A stretch of DNA of 64,000 bases. It comes from Acidobacteriota bacterium. Its GTDB lineage: Bacteria; Acidobacteriota; UBA6911; RPQK01; JAJDTT01. The stretch lies in assembly GCA_965217775.1 (NCBI GenBank), contig CBDCJH010000002.1, forward strand, positions 2,816,001-2,880,000, read 5' to 3'. The notes under the pieces were generated by a model. The model was not told the DNA's origin and ran no database searches. It saw nothing but the letters and a program-made list of their open reading frames with translations. How positions within the stretch are numbered: position 1 is the stretch's first letter; each line of letters begins with the position of its first letter. Positions 59,014 to 64,000 of the stretch are shown here, in pieces. The translations under genes were made by a program, and so were the position numbers.

Positions 59014-61428
59014 GAAAAGGGTCCAGAGCAGGTCTTCCACGCCTTCCGTATCCAGTGCTCCCTCGGATCCGGGATTCCCCAACAGGGAGAGGGCCAGCTT
59101 CCGCTCCGAAGCGGTTGGATCCCGGGTTAGGCAGTAGCGGTAGAGATAGGAGACCAGTTCGTCAGCCGAGAACTGCTGGGGAGGCTTGGCCACCGGCGGG
59201 TTTCCCTCCTCCCGGACCAGGCGGTCCCGGTCGGGCTCCCGATCGAAGACGAAGAAACGGACGCTGGGGTGGATGTCGCTCCCCAGGCTCTCCTCGTCCA
59301 CGCCCACAACGGCCCGAAAACGAGTGAATCCGCTCCCGTCCAGAGGAAAGACGATCTCGCCGGGTAGCCCGGTGACCAGTGCCTCGGAATAGGGATGGGG
59401 GGTTGTGTCGGCGACCGTCGTGGTGGTCCCGTCGTCAGCCGTGACTCGCCGGGTCGTCCGCTCCAGGAATCGGACCGGCCCCTTCTCGAATTTCTCCTCG
59501 ACCTGCAATTGGTGGAGTGGTGTGACTCCCCCGGGTCCCGCTAGTTCCGCCGCGGCCCAGGCCACTCGGACCCGCGAGGGGTCGTAGGAATCCATGTCGA
59601 TGGCCAGAAGCCGCAGCTCGCGGAACCCCTCGATGTCGATGTCGACCTCCACCTTTCCCCACCTCACGTCGCCGCTGTCGAAATGGTTCCGAGGAACCGG
59701 CCGGAGCTGCCCGGCCAATCTGGCGGCTCCCTGGCGGATCAGCCGGTTCAACTCATCTCCAAACGAGAGCTCCAGGGCCTGCAGGGTGCTGGATTCGTGG
59801 TTGCGCTCCAGCACAACTTGATCCCGAATGGGACGGCCCAGGAACCGGGTCAAGGGGCTGGACTTGAATCTCCAGGCACGGCTGGGCCGGCCCGGGTCGC
59901 CCGACGCGGAGCTCAGGACCTTCCACTCGCCGGTCACCGAGGAGACGCCGTCCAGAAACTGCTCCGCGGACAGACGCCTGGGGACGGGTCCCCCAAACGG
60001 CGCGGACGCGGACGGCTCCGCCGGCGGCGGGTCCTGGACCGAAGGCATCTGATAGGTCCGGGAAGTCAGGATCTGTGCCAGTAGCCTCCGGAGATCGTGG
60101 CCGTTCTCCACGAAGTCCCAAGCCAGCCAGTCCAGGAGATCGGGGGACCAGGCCGTGCTTTCCGGATCATCCATGGACTGCACCAGATTACGGCCCAGCA
60201 GCCGGCCCCAGATGCGATTCACCAGGGTTCGGGCGAAGCGGCCGTTGCGTGGCGAGGTGAAGAGTGACGCCGCCTGACGCCGCCGCTGCTCCAGGTCGCC
60301 GGCGGAAATCCCCCCCAACTCGGGGAAGATGAACCGGGGAGCCGCCGTCCGTCCCAGCGGGACGTCGCAGCGCACCAGCTCCAACTCCTCCTCGGCGAAG
60401 AGGCTGGCGAGGCCGTAGCTGTCGGACAACTTCCAGCGGTCCACGAAGCTGTCGTGGCAGGAGGCGCACTTCAGATTGACCCCCAGGAAGACGTGGGCGC
60501 TGTTTACCGCCGCCTGCATGGATCGGCTCTGGCTGGCGCTGATCTGGCCCCGCCAGTTGACTCCCACCAGAAACCCCCGGGGATCGTCCTCGGCCGCCGG
60601 GTCCAGGAGCGCCTGCACCAGGCGGTCGTAGGACAAATTCTCTTGGAGCGATTTCCGCAACCATTCCGAGATCGGTTCCCGTTCCCCGTGGTAGCGGACT
60701 CCTTCGTCGTTGCGCAGGAGGTCGTTCCAGTAACTCATCCAGTGCTCGGTGTAGCGGTCCGAATCCGCCAGCAGAACTCGGACCCGACGTTCCCGCTTCC
60801 CGTCGCTCTCTTCCCAGAGGAAGCTCTCGACTTCCTGGGGAGAGGGCAGGAGTCCCCAAAGATCCAGATGGACTCTCCTCAGGAAGACCCGGTCCGAGAC
60901 GGGCTGGGGAAAGGGTCTCCCCTGAGCCGAGAGAAACGCGGCCACGAAGCGATCGATGGGATTCTCAAGGTGCGCCGGCCCCTCCGGGACCCGGGGCCGG
61001 CGGGGCGCGAGCCGGGGCGTTGCCGCCGGGGGCGGCTGATCGGTGGGCCATCTCGCTCCCTGGTCGATCCAGCGCCGCAGTAGAGCCAGTTCCTGCGAAG
61101 CCAAGGGCTCTTCCCGGAAGGGCATCCGGGGCTCCTTGAGTCCGCTGACTCGTTGGAAGAGGAGGCTGTCCCCACTGGAACCGGGGACCAGAGCCGGTCC
61201 GCTGACGCCCCCCTTCAAGACGTCCGTCAGGGTCCGGAGAGAGAGCCCACCCTGCAGGAGTCGGCTATTGTGGCAGGAGTGGCACCGGTCATGGAGGATG
61301 GATTGGACTTGGCGGACATCCCCGGCCGAGCCGTCCTGACCCGGCGCCGGAATCTGGAACATGGCAGCGACCGCCAGTACGGCGGCGGTGGGCCGCCAGC
61401 GTCCGGTCTGTGTTCTCGGAGTCCGCAT
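58984..61428 (-). CDS. PSD1 / cytochrome-c domain protein with NPCBM-like domain
   Basis: CHSCH, NPIDRF, KCASCHD, FARTLVNRIW, FRAVVGVD. Confidence 0.88.
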   Translation of the reverse strand: MRTPRTQTGRWRPTAAVLAVAAMFQIPAPGQDGSAGDVRQVQSILHDRCHSCHNSRLLQGGLSLRTLTDVLKGGVSGPALVPGSSGDSLLFQRVSGLKEPRMPFREEPLASQELALLRRWIDQGARWPTDQPPPAATPRLAPRRPRVPEGPAHLENPIDRFVAAFLSAQGRPFPQPVSDRVFLRRVHLDLWGLLPSPQEVESFLWEESDGKRERRVRVLLADSDRYTEHWMSYWNDLLRNDEGVRYHGEREPISEWLRKSLQENLSYDRLVQALLDPAAEDDPRGFLVGVNWRGQISASQSRSMQAAVNSAHVFLGVNLKCASCHDSFVDRWKLSDSYGLASLFAEEELELVRCDVPLGRTAAPRFIFPELGGISAGDLEQRRRQAASLFTSPRNGRFARTLVNRIWGRLLGRNLVQSMDDPESTAWSPDLLDWLAWDFVENGHDLRRLLAQILTSRTYQMPSVQDPPPAEPSASAPFGGPVPRRLSAEQFLDGVSSVTGEWKVLSSASGDPGRPSRAWRFKSSPLTRFLGRPIRDQVVLERNHESSTLQALELSFGDELNRLIRQGAARLAGQLRPVPRNHFDSGDVRWGKVEVDIDIEGFRELRLLAIDMDSYDPSRVRVAWAAAELAGPGGVTPLHQLQVEEKFEKGPVRFLERTTRRVTADDGTTTTVADTTPHPYSEALVTGLPGEIVFPLDGSGFTRFRAVVGVDEESLGSDIHPSVRFFVFDREPDRDRLVREEGNPPVAKPPQQFSADELVSYLYRYCLTRDPTASERKLALSLLGNPGSEGALDTEGVEDLLWTLFLSPEFQTIR

Positions 61429-61505
61429 TTCCCCGGATCAGTCTACTACGGCCACAGTGCCGGTTGAAAAGACCCGGCGTTACGCGTGTACTGGCGCCCG
61501 GGAGG

Positions 61506-62762
61506 CTAACCCGCAACCCGTTCCAGACTGCGAACCAGCGACTGTTCCAGGAGACGGTAGTAGCAGGGAAAGCACTCTGCCGCATCCTGGAAGAGCCGCC
61601 GCAGATCCGGGTCTTGTGGAGTCCGGGAGGAGAGATCCGCCATGAACGCCATGGCCTCCGCCTGAACGGGATCCACGTCGATCTCCAGCCGGCGGAGGCA
61701 TTCCGCGGGACTCAGGCCGCCCTGCCCCAGAATGGTCCGGATGCTGCTGAAGATCCCGTGATTCAGTCTGCGGGCCCATTTCAGTTCGATGGCCATCAGC
61801 TCCCGGACCTCGAAGTGCCGGGGAGCATTGACGTAGAAGTGGTAGCGGCCGGCCCGGATCCGCACGAAACGCACGTTCTCGATGAGGCTGGAAAGGGGGT
61901 CGGAGACCATTGCCGACAGACTCTCCTTCAGGATTCCCGCGTCCGATGTTGCAGGGAGCCGAAGGTGGCGGATCGACTCGCGCACCGGGTCGCGCAACTC
62001 GGCGAAGGCCGCGAACAGGAACTCTTCGAATTCACGGAGCCGCCGCGGGTGGTCCAACTCCCGAGTCTCGTAGTGGCTGTCGACCTGGTGCAGTACCGCC
62101 TCCACCGCCGCCGTGACGTGGCCCGCTCTCCGGAGCCAGTTCAGCCCCCGGCGTTTGCCGGAGAGATTGCGCTTCGCCAGCAGGGAGGCCGCCGACAGCA
62201 TGGGAGGCGCGAAGTAGTGCCAGCAGCGGGAGTGGAGCGGGTATTTGGGCTCGAAGCGGCCCAGGTTGATGGGGGGATCGATACCCTGGATGTAGGGGGA
62301 GTAGTAGCCCAGGAAACGGCTGAGATGGTAGTGCTCGTCCAACCGGTCGAAGGGTCTCCGGCGGATCCGGCGTTCCAGTTCCCGATACCACTCCTCTTCT
62401 CCCCACCAGACGGACCAGGCGGCGTACTCGGGGTTGTGGAAGCGACGGTCCATGGCCTCGCCGACGGTGAGGCCGGCGCCGGCGGTGTGCTCGTTGATCC
62501 GGTTCCATTCCGGGTGGGTGCGGACCATCTCCAGATGGATCTCGCCCACCGCGCGATCCACCACGACCCAGTCTTCGGCCGTGGTCCCGTCGTCGCAGAT
62601 GACCCGAAAGTCGAGGTCGCTCAGACCCGGAACCAGATCGCCTTTCTGCCACTTGGCCACCAGGGCGACCAGATGGGGCGTCCGCCGGCGTAACCCGTCC
62701 CCGAGGGTCCGGCTGACCGACTCGAAATCGGAGCGGAGTTGTTCCAGCGACGATGTGTCCAC
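61506..62762 (-). CDS. Hypothetical protein, possible pol-beta-type nucleotidyltransferase fold
   Basis: GDLVPGLSDLDFRVI (DxD); coupled to the upstream oxidoreductase. Confidence 0.65.
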   Translation of the reverse strand: MDTSSLEQLRSDFESVSRTLGDGLRRRTPHLVALVAKWQKGDLVPGLSDLDFRVICDDGTTAEDWVVVDRAVGEIHLEMVRTHPEWNRINEHTAGAGLTVGEAMDRRFHNPEYAAWSVWWGEEEWYRELERRIRRRPFDRLDEHYHLSRFLGYYSPYIQGIDPPINLGRFEPKYPLHSRCWHYFAPPMLSAASLLAKRNLSGKRRGLNWLRRAGHVTAAVEAVLHQVDSHYETRELDHPRRLREFEEFLFAAFAELRDPVRESIRHLRLPATSDAGILKESLSAMVSDPLSSLIENVRFVRIRAGRYHFYVNAPRHFEVRELMAIELKWARRLNHGIFSSIRTILGQGGLSPAECLRRLEIDVDPVQAEAMAFMADLSSRTPQDPDLRRLFQDAAECFPCYYRLLEQSLVRSLERVAG

Positions 62763-62766
62763 GGGT

Positions 62767-63768
62767 TCAGTCCAGCGCGGTCCAGGCTCCCTGCCGGGCG
62801 GATCGGAAGATGGCGTCCATGATTCGAGTGGCCTGGAGACCGTCCTCGCCGGTAAAACGGGGCGGCCGGTCTTCCACTACGGACCGGGCGAAGTCGTCCA
62901 CCACGGGACCGTGCGCGTTTTCCGGGTTGGGCACGTGGCGCTGCTCCACGTCGCGCCCCACCGTAAGGGTCACCGTCCCGCCGTCGCACGGATGGAGGGT
63001 GAGCCTGGCCTCGGTTCCCACCAGGTGAATCTCGTCGGTCCAGGTCCGGCTGTTCCAGTTGAATGAGAGGGTGCCGGCCGGACCGCCTTCCCATTCCAGA
63101 AGCGCGGTGACCGAATCCTCAGCCGGGTACTCATGGGTCAGGGTCATGACCCGGGACACCAGCTTATCGGGCAGGCCCAGCCACCAGGCCAGCAGATCCA
63201 GACGATGACATCCCACGTCGCCGAGCACTCCCCCGCCCGATTTGGATGGAGTGACCCTCCAATCCCCAGCTTCCCCGCCCCGTCCCGGATACCAACTGTG
63301 CAGCGCGATCCGGATCAGGACCAACTCTCCCAGCTCGCCCCGGTCCAGCATCTCCTTGACCAGTTGAAAGCGGGGCCAGAAGCGGCGGTAGTAGGCCACC
63401 GCCAACCGGCGGCTCCGGACCCGGGCGACCCGGCACATCTCCCTGGCCTGCAGGAGATCCAGGGCCATGGGCTTCTCCACCAGGACGTCCTTCCCCGCCT
63501 CCAAGGCCGCAATAGCCTGGGGAGCGTGCAGAAAGACCGGCGTGGCCAGGTAGACGGCGTCGACGGACTCGTCCTCCAGCATCTCCTCGAAGCGGGCGTG
63601 GACCGCCTCCGGAGCCAGCGCCTGCAACTCCGGGGCCCGGGCCTTTGGGTCCCGGCTGACCAGGCTGTGGAGGGTACTGCCGGGTTGAGACCGGATGGCG
63701 GCGGCGAGCCGCTTTCGAGCCAGGTCTCCCGACCCCACCAGAGCCCAGCGAACCTTGCGCGTCGTCAT
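62767..63768 (-). CDS. Gfo/Idh/MocA oxidoreductase
   Basis: ALVGSG, YLATP..LH, VLVEKPMA, SGGGVLGDVGCH. Confidence 0.92.
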   Translation of the reverse strand: MTTRKVRWALVGSGDLARKRLAAAIRSQPGSTLHSLVSRDPKARAPELQALAPEAVHARFEEMLEDESVDAVYLATPVFLHAPQAIAALEAGKDVLVEKPMALDLLQAREMCRVARVRSRRLAVAYYRRFWPRFQLVKEMLDRGELGELVLIRIALHSWYPGRGGEAGDWRVTPSKSGGGVLGDVGCHRLDLLAWWLGLPDKLVSRVMTLTHEYPAEDSVTALLEWEGGPAGTLSFNWNSRTWTDEIHLVGTEARLTLHPCDGGTVTLTVGRDVEQRHVPNPENAHGPVVDDFARSVVEDRPPRFTGEDGLQATRIMDAIFRSARQGAWTALD

Positions 63769-64000
63769 GCGGCTTCCAGCAGACTCTGCTTCAAGGCCCA
63801 GGCCAGGTAGGCGCAGTCTTCGGTCGTGGTCTGGGGAAAGAGGGGGAGGCTGAACACCTGCTTTCCGGCCAGCGCAGCCACGGGACAGCCGGCCGCAGCC
63901 TCACTGTAGCCCAGTCGCGCGAGAACGTCCCAGTTCCAGACCGGCGGGTAATGGATGCCGCAGCCGACCCGGTACTTCCGCTTGAGCGTTCTCAGAAAAG
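63765..64000 (-). CDS. DegT/DnrJ/EryC1/StrS aminotransferase, C-terminal part
   Basis: ...VGCGIHYPPVW...CPVAALAGKQVFSLPLFPQ...LLEAA*; ATGA overlap with the next gene. Confidence 0.85.
   Translation of the reverse strand, partial: FLRTLKRKYRVGCGIHYPPVWNWDVLARLGYSEAAAGCPVAALAGKQVFSLPLFPQTTTEDCAYLAWALKQSLLEAA

Overview
High-GC bacterial window. The mix of PSD1/DUF1501 genes, GHL10-like hydrolases and a WD40-metallopeptidase resembles Acidobacteriota/PVC-type, possibly sponge-associated, genomes; this is an inference. (1) 1-22 kb is a defence island. It holds a type-1 BREX operon (brxA-brxB-brxC-pglX-pglZ, running off the left edge), an Abi_C-type gene between IS remnants, and a NucS-like nuclease. 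It also holds a translationally coupled 4-gene operon: unknown protein + double-HKD PLD nuclease + SF2 helicase + small YbjN/chaperone-fold-like protein. This operon looks Azaca-like but has an extra paired domain. A broken DUF433/DUF5615 TA pair ends the island. (2) 22-28 kb is core/metabolic genes and tRNA-Arg(TCG). (3) 28-47 kb is a plastic region with a metzincin-WD40-Ig protein and a layered mosaic of His-rich TonB receptors, GHL10, an AAA-ATPase and vapBC, full of displaced 3' gene ends. (4) 47-64 kb has PSD1/DUF1501, CDF, rfbD, an HUH/Y1 (RAYT-like) transposase and sugar-modification genes. A short motif (GTAG/GGAA)AAAGGGACAGTC flanks the transposase in inverted orientation. It also sits at the junctions of many local duplications and gene-fragment breakpoints 14-22 kb away. 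All family assignments come from motif recognition by eye; no database searches were run.
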